From assembly GCA_013265495.1 (NCBI GenBank), contig MU058423.1, forward strand, positions 3,177,061 through 3,241,060: a stretch of DNA of 64,000 nucleotides, written 5' to 3'. This stretch comes from Vicugna vicugna. Lineage: Eukaryota. Position 1 is the first letter of the stretch, and each line of letters opens with the position of its first letter. The position numbers and the translations under genes are program-made. The notes under the pieces were generated by a model that did not search any database, had not been told where the DNA came from, and saw nothing but the letters and a program-made list of their open reading frames with translations. This document shows, piece by piece, positions 51,358-64,000 of the stretch.

Positions 51358-51438
51358 CTGTTCAGTTTTGCAGAGCTTTTCTATATTAGGCTTGAACTTA
51401 CTCATGCAATCTTCTGCTAAGTTAAGATGAACAACTTG
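51358..51438 (-). CDS. STXBP3: STXBP3 exon 13 (QVVHLNLAEDCMSKFKPNIEKLCKTEQ)
   Basis: 81 nt; tttag|CAA...CAG|gtatgt. Confidence 0.95.
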
Positions 51439-52218
51439 CTAAAAAACAGAAGAAATCAATTATTTAAAGCATTTTAATCTCTCTCTGTGCAACTCATAAC
51501 ACTAAACTTTTGAGATGGGCCTGAAGGAAAGTATGAGCCTAAGTGGAAGGAGATACCATGTAAATTAAGGGAAACAGCTCAAGAAAGGAAAAAAAAAAGT
51601 GAAAATTACCATGATCTACAGGGGATAATCAACAGACTGAAAAAAATAGAATGGGAGGGTTGAATTTGTGTTGGTTTTACAAGTAGTGAAAATAAGGTAA
51701 AAAAAAAACAGTGAAGTCCTAAAGTCAAGCAGAAAAAGTCTGAATTTATATTCCTGATTATAGATTAGGGAGCGAAATGATAAAAAAATATGTAGACTAT
51801 TCTGATAATGACTTGTAAGAAGGACTGGAACAGCAAAAAAAAAAAAAAAAGTTTACCTGCCCACAGAGCTTAATTGCTCTTAAATCTACTAATATGTAAC
51901 TATTAAGAACCAAGCAGAATAACAACCACTGGTCAATCCAATGCTGAATTTTCTTAAGTTGATAAATACTAAACTCTCTCTGTTTGGCTGGCCAAGACAA
52001 AGATATAAAAAAGTGTAAGCTGGATTTGAATAAATCTAGAGTATATGCAGAGAGAATACTACTGGGAAGCTTATACATTGGGGTACTTCTCAGGCCTAGA
52101 GTAAGGTTTCAGGGTACAACTAACAGCAAGTATTCCATGACACCCACTGCTAAACCTGACTACAGAACTAGATGGACTAACAAACACGGTAAGGTGTCTC
52201 ACATACAATACTGCTTAC

Positions 52219-52284
52219 CTTAGTAATCTGTTTACGGAAATGGGGCATCTTTTTCATCAGTTGGGTAAGGGCACTAAGTGATAT
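52219..52284 (-). CDS. STXBP3: STXBP3 exon 12 (ISLSALTQLMKKMPHFRKQITK)
   Basis: 66 nt; ctag|ATA...AAG|gtaagc; domain 3a hinge region. Confidence 0.95.
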
Positions 52285-52419
52285 CTAGGAAAAATCAAAC
52301 ATTTTAAAACAAACTTACAATTCAGTTATTCTATTTAACAACTTAAAAATCCTACAGTTTTAAGTATGTATTGATTTAGTAAATATCTGGCAATTTTCTT
52401 AAGAAAATAAGTTCAAGAG

Positions 52420-55400
52420 ATTTCCAGTTTCAGCCATGATAAAGTAGTTAATATCAAAATTGCTCTCCCTCCATCAACAAAAATAAAATTGGACAAAATA
52501 AATAAGAGCCACATTCAGGCAATGGATAAAAAAATAGCTCAAAGCTAGGATACTTGAGTAAAGGAAAGCACAGAAGGTGACCCCTGCACTCACCCTGGCT
52601 TTTCCCTGAAACATTTTCCAAAGCACAGCAAAAGTAAGTAGAGTTCGAGCAGAAAGCAAGTCTCTCTGGGCAGAGGAAAAAGATCAGAGTTTGGGGCTAC
52701 TGAGGTAGGGTTTGGGGGCCGCGGTTCTAGAGAGAAAAGAGCCAGTCACAACATAACTCAAAGATATGTAGAGGGGCTGCCTTAGGATCCCTGGCCAAAT
52801 ACTAAGTGGCACATGTACAGGGTATAACTCTTAACGGCCTAGCAGAGACCAACTGCTAGGTGGCTAAATGCCAGACAGAGATTTCAGAGGTGTCCTAATG
52901 CTAAGACAATACTGGCGTTCTCTGATCCAGACAAAGCAGAGAGTCCTAAGTGATCATCTCACACATTCAGTCCTAAAAGGGTTACATCTTTGGATTAAAC
53001 CCAAAAGTGAAATACAATCACCATATCAAAAGCCTGACATAAAGTTTCAATGTAAGCAAGGTGATTCATCAGCAAATTAACTACCTGCCAAAACACAACT
53101 TGATACTCTTTGTAGAGAGAACATAATACAGACCTTCTGCAATACAGCATCCAAAATGTCTAACATACAGTGATATATTACTGGACATGCAAAACAGAAA
53201 AAAGTTATTGATACTCAAGTGATAAAAGTCAATAAAAGTAGACCCAAGATAATTCAGTTGTTGGAGTTAGCAGACAGGGGAGAAGATGAACTAAATGGAT
53301 AAAAATATGGAATATTTCAATAGAGAATTAAACTTTATTAAAAAAAAAACTCAATGGATATCCTAGTACTAAATGTAATCTTTGAAATTAAAAACACAAT
53401 GAATGACTCTCATATATTGCTAGTGAGACTCTAAAATGGTACAGCAACTTAGGAAAACAGTTTGGAAGTATCCAATAAAGTTAAACATACATTTACCATA
53501 TGACCCAGCAATTCCACTCTTAATTATTTATCCAAGTGAATTAAAATATCTGTTCACACAAAACCTTAATGTTCATAGTGGCTTTATTTGTAATTGCCAA
53601 CAACTTGGAAAAAACCCATTATGTCCCACAACTTGTGAATAGATAAAATGTAGTACGGCCACACAGTGGAATACTGCTCAGCAATAAAAGCGTCGAGGCT
53701 ACTGTTACACGTCACATGAATGAATGCCAAGTGCATTACACTGAATGAAAAAGCTATACTCTTTATTCCATTTAGATGACATTCTGGAAAAGGGAAGTCC
53801 ATGGGATTACAAAACAGATCAGTGTTTGTCAGGGGATCAGAGTTAAGCAGAGTGTTGTCTACAAAGTGGCATAGGGAAATCAGGGTGGGAAGGTTAATGG
53901 AAATGTTCTATATCTTGGCTGTGCTTATATGAGAGTGTACATTTGTCAAAACTCATAGAATCGTATACTATAAAGGGGGAACTTTACATTCTAATTCAGA
54001 TTAAAAAATAATATGTTGAATGGATTTAAAAGCAGACTGGACACAACAGACAGGCAGGGGACTCAAAGTCAGGTTAACAGAAAATATTCAATTAAAGCAC
54101 AGAGAAGGAAAAAAATGGGAAAAGGAACAGAATGGGAGAGATGTAGAATATGGTCCAAAATCTAAAACAAGCAAATGAAGTCCTAGAAGGAGAAGGGAGA
54201 GACACCAGGACAAAATCAAGATGTGAGGAAATAATGGGCAAGAATTTTACAAATATTAAAAAAAAAAGGGATTTTATAAATATGATGAAAGTTACAACCT
54301 AGAAGAGCTCCATAAACCCAAGGAGGATAAATACCAACATACCACAGTAAGGCATATTATGGTCAAACTGCTAAAAATCAGAGTAAGAAAAAAAATCTTT
54401 AAAAAGATATATTATCTTCAGAAAAACAAAAATAACATGACAGCTGACTTCTTTAACAGAAATTACGGTAGCCAGAAGGTGATGTATTGAAATCTTTTAA
54501 GTTATTGAAAGGAAAAGAAAAACTGCCAACTTTGAATTCTACATCCAGCAAGTGTCTCTGAAAAACTTGTAAAACCCAGATACCCTCAGATAAAAACAAA
54601 AGTTGAGACAATGCATCCAGCCCAGATAGAAAAACTGAGGAGCAATAAGGAATAGGTAACAATAAATTTCATAAGTATGTGGATAAAAGTCTACTGAGAA
54701 TTTAAAACAAAAATAACATTCTGACTTGATAACACATGTTGAAGTTAAACATATAATAGTACAAAAGAAGGGGATAAACAGAGTTAAACTATTACAACAT
54801 TCTTGAATTGTTCAGAACAAGGCAAAAGACACTTTAAGGCAGACTGTCATAATATAAGGATACATTTTATAATATCCAACATGATGACGATAAAAAGGGT
54901 AACAAAAGGTAAAACAAAAGTTTATATTGGAGATACAATAGAATTGTTTAAAAAAAAGACAACATATAAAGAAGGCAGAAAAGGAAATGGATAAAACATT
55001 TAAGGTGGTAACACAAACTCAACTATATCAGTAATTATATGAAGTATCAATGGACTTAAACATTCTAACTAAAAGGTAAAGATCATCAGGTTGAATAAAT
55101 AAAGCTCAACTATAAGATCTTTTTAAGAGGTATTTTTTAAAGATAAAGACACAAATTGTTGAAAATAAAAGATTAGAAAAGATATACCATGTAAACACTG
55201 ACCAAAATAAAGCAGGTATGGCGATATTACTACCAGACAAAGCAGACTTTGAGGCAAGAAATACTGCAAATGAAAAAAACTGACATTTTATAATGATAAA
55301 AGATAAATTCAACAGAAAGGTAACTGCCTTAAAATTATAATGGCTCTAATCAACATGGCTTCATCAGTTGACAAATCTTTTAAAGTTGACAGGATTATTA

Positions 55401-57230
55401 AAAAGACAGAGTAATTCATAGTCATAATCTATACCATTTTTAGTAACTGACATAAAAAGCAGATTTAAAAAATCAGTAAAGAAATAGAAAATTCGAATAA
55501 CATGATTAACCAACTTGATTTAATTGACATACACAGAATTTATATTCTTTTCAAGTACACATAGGGTATTTACCACAACAGACATATGCTAGGTCACAAA
55601 CCAAGTCTAAACAAATTTCATAGGGTTAAAATCACACAGTGCACATTCTCTGACCACTATATAATTAAATTACAACTCAGTAACAGAAAGGTAAGTAGAA
55701 AATTCCCCAAATTTTTGAAATTAAGAAAAAAACCATATTCCTATATAACACATGAGTCAAAGAAGAAATCACAATGAAAGTTAGAAAATATTTTGAGCTG
55801 AATCAAAATAAAAATAGGTTATTCCAAAACTTGGGGGATGCAGCTACAGCAATGTCAAGACGAAAATAAGTAAGTATATATATAGTAGGAGAGAAAAAAG
55901 GTTGAAAATCAGTGCTCTAAACATCCAACTCATGAAGCTAGGAAAAGAAAAACAAATTAGGCCAAAGAAAGTTGAAGGAAGGAAATAAAAATGAGTAGAA
56001 ATTAATTCAGTATAAAAGTAATATATAATAGAGAAATTAACAAAGCCAAAAGTTGATTCTTTGAAACATTAATAATACGTATAGGGGATATTAATAGTAG
56101 ACAGGCTAAAACATATATTGACAACATTAGGATTTAATAAATAGAATGTAATTACAAGTTCTGCAGACACTGAAAGGATAATAAGAGGATATTTGAAAAT
56201 GTAAATGTAATAGACAAATCCCTCAAAAATGCTATATACCAAAACTGATACAAGAAAAAGATTAAAAATTTGAATGGCTCTGTATCTGTTAAAGAATTTA
56301 TAATAAAAGATTTTCCCATAAACAAAATTCCAAGCCCAGACTGCTTCAGTGGTGAATTCTTTCAAGCAATAATGGAACAAGTAATAGTAATCTTACACAA
56401 ACACTTCCAGAAAATAAAATAAGAGGGAAAGCATTACAACTCATTTAAAGATCAACACAATCTTGCTGACAATCAAAACCTGACAAGAACATTACCAAAG
56501 GGAAAAAAAAAAAAAAAGAATTACTACAGGGAAATATTGCTCATAAACCTGGAAGCAAACATTCTAAGCAAAATATCAGCAAACAGAACCAAGTGACACA
56601 GGAAAAGGATAATAAATCACATCCAAGTAGAGCTAATTCCAAGAATGTATGGTTGGTTTAATGTTAGAGGATGAATGAATGCAATTCATCACATCAACAG
56701 AATAAAAGAGGGAAAAAAATAATTTCACTAGGTGCTAAGAAAGTATTTGATGAAATCCAACACCCACCGCTGATTTAAAAAACAAAAACAAAAACAAACC
56801 TGTTGGCAAATATAGAATAGAATGGAATTTCTTAATCTGACAAAGGATCTATCTAAAACAACCTAAAACTGTGAGAATACTCAATGATGACATATCAAAA
56901 GTGTTTCCCCTAAGGCTGGGAATGAGACAAGGATATCCCCTGTCACCAGTTCTGTCCTACATTATACTGCTGGGAGGTATTAACTACTAGAAAATTAGTT
57001 TAAAATGTATAAAAATTCAAAAGGATCAGACTAAATTTTCTTTATTCACAGATATTATTGTATAACTTTCTGGAATGACAGATATGTTCTGTATCTTGAT
57101 TTAGGTGGTGGTTCTACAACTGTATGTGTATATATATATATACATAGGTATGTGAAAAGTTATTCAGTATACACTTGAAATTTGGGCACTTAGGTAAATT
57201 ATATCTCAGGACAAGAAACCTAACATGAAT
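52420..57230 (+). mobile_element. Long old L1 (5' region, ORF1, ORF2 5' part) with a nested L1 3' fragment (~53405-53990), antisense to STXBP3
   Basis: MLGHKPSLNKF..FSDH (EN-domain end), aaagccaaaagttgattctttgaa, ggaatgagacaaggatatcc; nested LRKTVWKYPIKLNIHLPYDPAIPLL. Confidence 0.8.
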
Positions 57231-57459
57231 GCATTAATACAATTGGCTAAATGTCTTTTTAATAATAAACTTTAACGAAGCAAGACAGATAAAATGTCAC
57301 TAACTGTTGAGGACAGGTAATGAGTACATGTAAGTAAATTTTCTCTACTTTCGTGTATGTTAGAAATTTCCCAAAATGGAAAGTTAAATAGATAAAATAA
57401 AAGTTACAAACTTTAAAATTCACCTTCATCATTATCCTAAAGTTAAATAAGACTCTTAC

Positions 57460-57517
57460 CTTTCCTTCTGTTGCTTTCTTTGTTGATGAAATTTCCTTCA
57501 TAAGCTTGGGAATTTCC
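57460..57517 (-). CDS. STXBP3: STXBP3 exon 11 (EIPKLMKEISSTKKATEGK)
   Basis: 58 nt; acag|G GAA...AAG|gtaaga. Confidence 0.95.
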
Positions 57518-57652
57518 CTGTCAAATTGTGAGAGAATTCTTTAAATTTCTAAGGTGTAATTCTTTACAAAAATATTTCAAGATTACAAAATGTACTGTCA
57601 TGTATTTAGTGTTTAAAAAATTTTGAATAAAAATTAAAATGAGTTCACATAC

Positions 57653-57748
57653 TCTAATACAACAGCAATATGCCGATGTCGAATTCTGACCCAGAGGTCA
57701 TCATCTTCCTCAAGGACTGCCTCTTTTTCCTTCCCATCTGTTTTATAT
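57653..57748 (-). CDS. STXBP3: STXBP3 exon 10 (YKTDGKEKEAVLEEDDDLWVRIRHRHIAVVL-E)
   Basis: 96 nt; gtag|A TAT...TTAGA|gtatgt; carries the SM-family W..IRH.HIA motif. Confidence 0.96.
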
Positions 57749-60264
57749 CTACAGGTAGACAGAAGTATGAAACTCTGGATTACTTCCCCTCCAAAAAGTG
57801 AAAGAATCATTTTTATAAACAATAATTTTAAGACATAGCTCAAGAAACTGAAGAGTACATATATTCAATCCACTATTTTAAAGGATATAATGAATATCTA
57901 CTCAAAACTAAGCAATACTGTTATCCATACAATAAAAATCAAAGTGCTATGCCTATCAAGACTTCTTTACTTTCAAATGTTGGGTTTAACTGTCATTATC
58001 ATAGTGTTTTAGCTCAGCAAAATGGTATCTTAGAAACAAAAATTCAATGTTCCACAATCAACTTTAAGAACAGGACTAAATATACGAACAATTCACATTC
58101 CAATTGCTCAAAACACTATTTTTATGTGCTAACAACCATCAGCACAACTATCAAACATTCACTGACTGAAGAAAAGAAAGTCACCTCCAATGTAGCCTAT
58201 TAAGTATTGAAGGTGTTTCAAGATTGGTACAAAATTCACCAACATATATCATATGTTTCTATATTCTTCCCTAACCCTATAACCACATCTCCTTTAAGAA
58301 TGGGAAAGGAAATGAGAGAAAAACTGTTATGCAGCCCTAAAAAACTTTGACTGTTTTAACGAGTTCTACTGTAGTGAGCATCAATTGAAGAGATTCATGA
58401 AATTATTAAGAATGGGCTTCCTGACTGCTTTGCCAAGTGTAATTTCTTGCTTCTCTTTTTCTGCAGATAGTCTTCCATTTGTGGAATTGGAAGATTCAAT
58501 CATCCTTGGGACTGTCAACCTCCTAAGCCAAGATGAGAAAGGACAGCATTGAGCTGTCCTAGCTTTGGACAGCAGACAATAAATGTAGATTTCGGTCGTA
58601 TGAATATAATCATGTCTATAGCTCCCAAAATTTCAGGTCTCACCTATAAAACCATCTACCTATGTTGTCTTGATTACAGATGGTGAAAGGAAGATGACTG
58701 TGCTTAATAATAAGACTGCTCTAGGACAAAGGCCCTTTTCTCACTTAAAAGGTCACTTTGTAATTATACAATACCTTTACCTTTTGACTTATAAACAAAG
58801 ATTAAGGTAGCAAGCCTGACGATATTAAAAGATAATGACAATCCTATTTTAAGAGTACACTTAAAGAGGTCACCAAGATGAAAAACACAATCTAGATGTT
58901 TAGAAGTTCCTGCTCTGTATTATTTTCATTAACATTTGTGACAGAGCAAAAAAAAAAAATTGTGACAGAGCACAAACCACAGGGAGTTCATGCTTCTATC
59001 TATCCCTGGACTTTTCTGATCCATAAAAAAAGGAATATCTCTGATGTTTTTGTTTTTGCTTTTTAAAATAAGTCTCTCCATCACTCTCAAAAAATTAAAC
59101 CTTGCTTTGTTTGCCAACAAACCTAGGGAGATAAATATTTTAAATACTAGGTTAGAAATGTCTGAAATTTATGTCCATAGTCTGGACCAAATCCTTTAGT
59201 GTCCCTCAATTCAAGTTTTTTCTAAATCTCTTGAGTAAAGCAGGTTTAGAGACCTAACGGATAAGACTGGTAAATAACATCCTTTCTGAAAATCCTGAAT
59301 AAACTGCTTAAAATTACTTTTATGTTAGAAAAATAACCATGCTGATTTCTCCATGTCATCTAACATTAATACAAATAGCAGAGAAAAACTCAAAAGCCAG
59401 GATATGACCAGAATGCAAATATAAATACAATAGAAAACACAAAATAGCTTAATTATGTTTGGTTTAAGAAAAAATATTAAATATTATAATTAGCACAAGT
59501 TTTGGGATCTTTCCAATCTACTGAAATTACTAAATTTAAACATAAAATTTCAAAAAACTGATTTTCATTTTCATACTATGCTCAAGGCAGTAAAAATGCC
59601 AATTTGGATTTAGAAATTATGATATCAAATAACACATATATACATACTCACACATACTCATAAATGATACACAAAGGCACAATAAAATGGTTCCTTGATA
59701 GAAAAGCTATTTCATTTTTCATTTAGCTTTCTATTTGATATTATTTTTTAAATTAATATGTTTATATCAGAGTTAAGTCAATAATAGGTACCAAACTGGT
59801 AAACTGTGTCTATTCTCAATAGCCATCCTATTGAGTTTCCTAGTCTTCTTATCTTTTAAAATACATTATATTGACAAGACACACACAGACAATTTTCGAT
59901 GTATGATTCACAATAATTACAGCCTAACCAAACTGAATATGGTTTCTACTTCAATAAATATAGTAGTGGGCTTAGTATTTACTGAAAAGTACAAATTTCA
60001 ACTGTTTAAAATGTATCTTTGCTGTAGACATAGTTAAGGAAGCAAATACACCAAAAAAGCTTCAAAGTTGTTAAATTACCCATTAACTAACAAGGTCAGG
60101 ATACTTTTAATAGATTATGATTATAAGAATAAGAGAAGGATAAAGTCTCCAAATAAAAAAAGGTTACAGGGGCTTTAGATTTCTGGTGGCTACACGAATC
60201 ATTAAATGCTAATATCCTTTCCCGTTTGTATATGCCCTATATATTCCCTTCAAGTTATACTTGC

Positions 60265-60389
60265 TTGTATGTATCATTCTCAATCGGCAGCAGATCATAT
60301 GCCATTGCCTGAAAGGTCAGTTCATGCAGGACAGTAGACACAGGATCAAAGCCACGATCAATTATTATGAGCTGGGAATGAGTTTTACC
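60265..60389 (-). CDS. STXBP3: STXBP3 exon 9 ([42 protein letters not shown]); GC donor
   Basis: 125 nt; ccag|GGT...TACAA|gcaagt; carries the SM-family motif DRGFDP...[12 protein letters not shown]. Confidence 0.95.
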
Positions 60390-61329
60390 CTGGAATAACA
60401 AGATAAAATTATCTTAAACTTCAATTTCTTTGCGTGAACACAATTTTACTATCTTAGAAAACAAAAGCAAACTCTTCCTAAGTTCTGCCACATTCTTACG
60501 AATGTGAAGTTACATTAAAACAGAAAAATCTGAGTGGCACAACAGAAGGAAAAATACCACTACAAAGCCAAAAGCTTTCATAATTAGATTAAGAGGCAAT
60601 ACAATATTGTGAAAATTCCTTTTAAAAAAGTAGTATTTGGCTTGCACTAAGTCTATTTCCTTAGGAATTCAGCTCCATAAACACTAAAACTGATAAAAAT
60701 TATGAACAGGTGCTATTACTTGAGCTCTCTATGCTACACACTGTGCTAAGCAAGAAATATCGATATTATTTAATATCGATAGCAACCCTGTAAGATAGTG
60801 ACTATTAATGCCATTTGATAATGGGGGGCATTAAGGCTTAAAATCAAGGAACTTGCCCAAATTACAGAGTTAGTATGTGGCAGAATTCAAAGCCAGGTCA
60901 GCTTCATTCCACAGCCCACACTCTTAACCATTATGCTGTACGGATGCCAGCTAAGATAATAAATCACAATGAAAGCTTTGTTATCATTAATTCACAAACA
61001 GCACTAATCATTAAACAGTGAGTAAGAGAGCTGGGAAAAATTCTTTTTTTTAATATGGAAATTTTGCTTTTAATAGTTATTTTTTAAATTGGGGCATAGT
61101 GGGTTTTTTTTTTTTATTGTTTTTTGGGGGGAAAATTCTTAATACCAGATTCTTCCATACTTCATTTTAAAAAAGTAATAAATTCTTCAGATTATTTGAA
61201 GAAGTAAGAGACAACTACAACTCATTACACAAACATTTCCTATTTATTTACTTATAGAAGACAGAGGTAAACTACAGATCTTTAAAATTTTTTCAATTTA
61301 ACCACTCATTTAAATAGACCTTAAGACAG

Positions 61330-61600
61330 GACAATATAGTGGTTAGTAGCAGAGCCTCTGGAATCAGGCAGATCTTGGTTTGAGTACATTCTTGATCACT
61401 ATTTTGCTGTACAACTTTGAACAAATTGCTTTACTTGTTAATATCTCAGTATTCTCATTTATAAAAAATATATATATATATATAAATAAAATCAGAACCT
61501 CTGTCTTATAAGATTATTGTAAAGATTAAATGTAATAATACCATGAAACACTTAGCACAGTGTCTGGCACTTAGTAAGCCCTCAACACATGTAAGTTATG
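61330..61600 (+). mobile_element. MIR SINE relic
   Basis: agtggttag..agagcctctggaatcaggcagatcttgg...tctcagtattctcatttataaaa...cttagcacagtgtctggcac. Confidence 0.7.
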
Positions 61601-62131
61601 AGTCTTCAGAAATACAAACAGGAAAAGGACAGCGCAATATAAGTGCTTTATCAGGGTTTCGGGTTATGACGGTATGTGAGAGGAAGAATCGTTCGACTCA
61701 GAGAGTGAGGAAAGACTTCAAAAAGGAAGGTGACACTTTCTCAGGTCCTTGAATGAAAAAAAGGTATCAAGTATTTGAAGAACATATAATTTCTGAGGCA
61801 GAAAGAATGAAAAGGACAAGTTTGTTGTGGATTTTGTCTTTTTTTTCATTGAAGTCATGAAGAACTAACAGGATATTTACTAATACAGTGATGGCTTATC
61901 TCTTTACTCAACAAACATTTACTGACTGTCTACTGTGCTATGTATACTGAACCATTATCTTCATAACTACAACCAGAACAAACAGCTTTCACTAGTCCTC
62001 CAAGCCAAAAACTAGTTACTTTTAAAGTTTTAAACCAACATTACATTTAAGTTTAAATCCTCCATTCTAGCCAAGTTGTTTGCTTGTGAATTTTGCCTTT
62101 TTCTCTAAGCCTCTGCCCAAAGAATCCTGTT

Positions 62132-62234
62132 GGAGTGATGGTATGGCTCAAGTGGTAGAGCACATGCTTAGCACGCATGAGGTCCTGGGTTCAATCCCCA
62201 GTACCTCCTCCAAGAATGAATAAACCTAATTACA
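62132..62234 (+). mobile_element. tRNA-derived SINE (Vic-1-like)
   Basis: ggtatggctcaagtggtagagcacatgcttagcacgcatgaggtcctgggttcaatccccagtacctcc; TSD aaagaatcctgtt/aaagaattctgtt. Confidence 0.9.
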
Positions 62235-63197
62235 AAAGAATTCTGTTATCCAAGTGAAAAACTCCCTCTTCTATCATGTTATATTCATTCTTCAAGTTCA
62301 AGGGCCTTTTCCTCTAGGATGCCTTCCAAGACTCCAGTTAGAGTAAGATTAAGCCCCAGCCTAGGTTCCCATTTCATTCTATGTACTCTCCTCTCATTCC
62401 ACTTATTACACAGCACTGTAATTGGTGGTTTCCTTGCCCATTCTCCTTTTTAAACTATCAACAGTTCCTGCTTCTCATTCTTCAGCTACTGTAATACGGC
62501 TTCGCAGCCCTCTGACACCACCTCTGTCAGTCTACTCTGGCTCCTCACTCTCCAATCCAAGCTCAAATGCTGGAATTTCCTAGGTTCCAATCCTAGTCTT
62601 TGGTTACTTTATATTATCTTGATAAGATACTAATAGCTGTCATTTATTAAACTCCTGTATGTGCCAAATGCATGCTAATTTGCCTAATCTTCATACCAAA
62701 CAAGCAAGGTACGTATTATCTGATCCATCTTATAGATGAAAATATAACTCAGAGTAAAAAATATGTCCACAATCATAGAGCTGGCGATAACAGGAATAAC
62801 TCTATAAATGTTTACTCAGTGGCAAGCATTGTTCTAAAACCTTTATGTGTATTAATTCATTTAATTCTCTCACTAGTTTAGAAAACATACATTCTCTTAT
62901 TATCTCCATTTTACAGACAAGAAAATTTAGGCACAGAGAAGCTACATAATTTGTTAACTCACATATCTATGAATTAAATGGCAGATCCAGGATTTAACCA
63001 ACACCTTCACCACTAAACCATTCTGTCTATTAAGGTTTCCACTATCACCTACATTAATGAGTCCCAATTCAAAATTGGGAATCTATGTTAACGATTCCCA
63101 AATCATAACTGGAAAATTAACGAACAACAGTTTCATTGGCTTATAAAGAAATAAGACAGACTTTACGCATCACCACTATTTGTCTTTAATACATTAC

Positions 63198-63288
63198 CTT
63201 TATTTGGCTCTTTTCATCAATCTTGTAGTAGTTTTCAAGTTTTTTTTCAACAAGCTGGGCAAGCTTACTGGCATTATCTAGAGGTTTA
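63198..63288 (-). CDS. STXBP3: STXBP3 exon 8 (KPLDNASKLAQLVEKKLENYYKIDEKSQIK); upstream exons lie beyond the window
   Basis: 91 nt; ctag|T AAA...AAG|gtaatg. Confidence 0.95.
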
Positions 63289-64000
63289 CTAGAAATGGAA
63301 AAAATGTTCAAACAATTATTTTTCTTTCAAGACACACTTTATAACATTATCAAGTTGAATTCTAAAATTAAACCATAAATTTATTAAATTAAAAGATTTT
63401 ATAAACATGGAAAAGTTCAGATAATAATACATGAAATATAATGTTATAGCAATTTGTCTGGATTTTATCAATGTAAACCTTATATGTGCTTTGGATTTTT
63501 TTTTCACATGAAGAAAATACTATAAATAAAACTGCCGTTCCTTTATTCCCTTCCCAATTCCTGGTCTTCTCCCCTACTGTAACTGCTGGGTCATACAGTA
63601 TAGGTATTTTCAACTTTTCTGGATATTACTGTATTACTCTCCAAATTACTTGACCAATTATCTCTCCCACTAGCAGTATGAGTTTCCCCACACGTTCTCT
63701 AACATTAGGCAATTTTCCAATAGTCTTTTGCATAAAATCTTGTATATAATTGTCTTCTAAAATGATAAAATCATAGTCTAAATTGTAACTTCATGACCAG
63801 CGATATTAGTATAACTTCTGAGTATACAAGAAAAACGTTGGAAAAGGCTCTTCAGTTAGTACATCAACCTCAAAAACAGGATCTCCTTGTAAGGGCTTCA
63901 AAGTATTAAAGGATTTTTTTTTAAGTTTTTTTTTTTACCTCAAAGTAAATAAAGCAGCAACTATAAAGAATACTTTATTACACATTTTGCTTTAAAATAT

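Noticed and set aside
1..64000. CRISPR array, operon, prokaryotic defence system or other novel multi-gene system
   Set aside because: The window is intron-rich mammalian DNA explained by two known genes and interspersed repeats; no regularly spaced repeat-spacer array or unexplained long ORF was seen.

Overview
Mammalian genomic DNA, probably camelid (inferred from the tRNA-derived SINE and young L1 3' ends). Two multi-exon genes lie tail-to-tail. AKNAD1 is on the + strand from the left edge to its stop at 33295-33297: 13 coding exons could be spliced by hand into one open frame. STXBP3/Munc18c is on the - strand and enters from the right edge: 12 exons (8-19 by human numbering), stop at 39066-39068, poly(A) signal at 38435-38440. 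Most ORFs in the supplied track are exon read-throughs, L1 fragments or noise. Introns are rich in L1, L2, MIR, hAT and LTR relics. I found no convincing new biological system. The most notable observations are: two decayed AKNAD1 exons that can be skipped in frame; an old ~2-kb inversion with ~110-bp inverted breakpoint duplications that splits an L1; a GC-AG intron in STXBP3; an L1 3' transduction; and several unusual TPRT products. Comparisons to human proteins and repeat consensi are from memory, not from a search.
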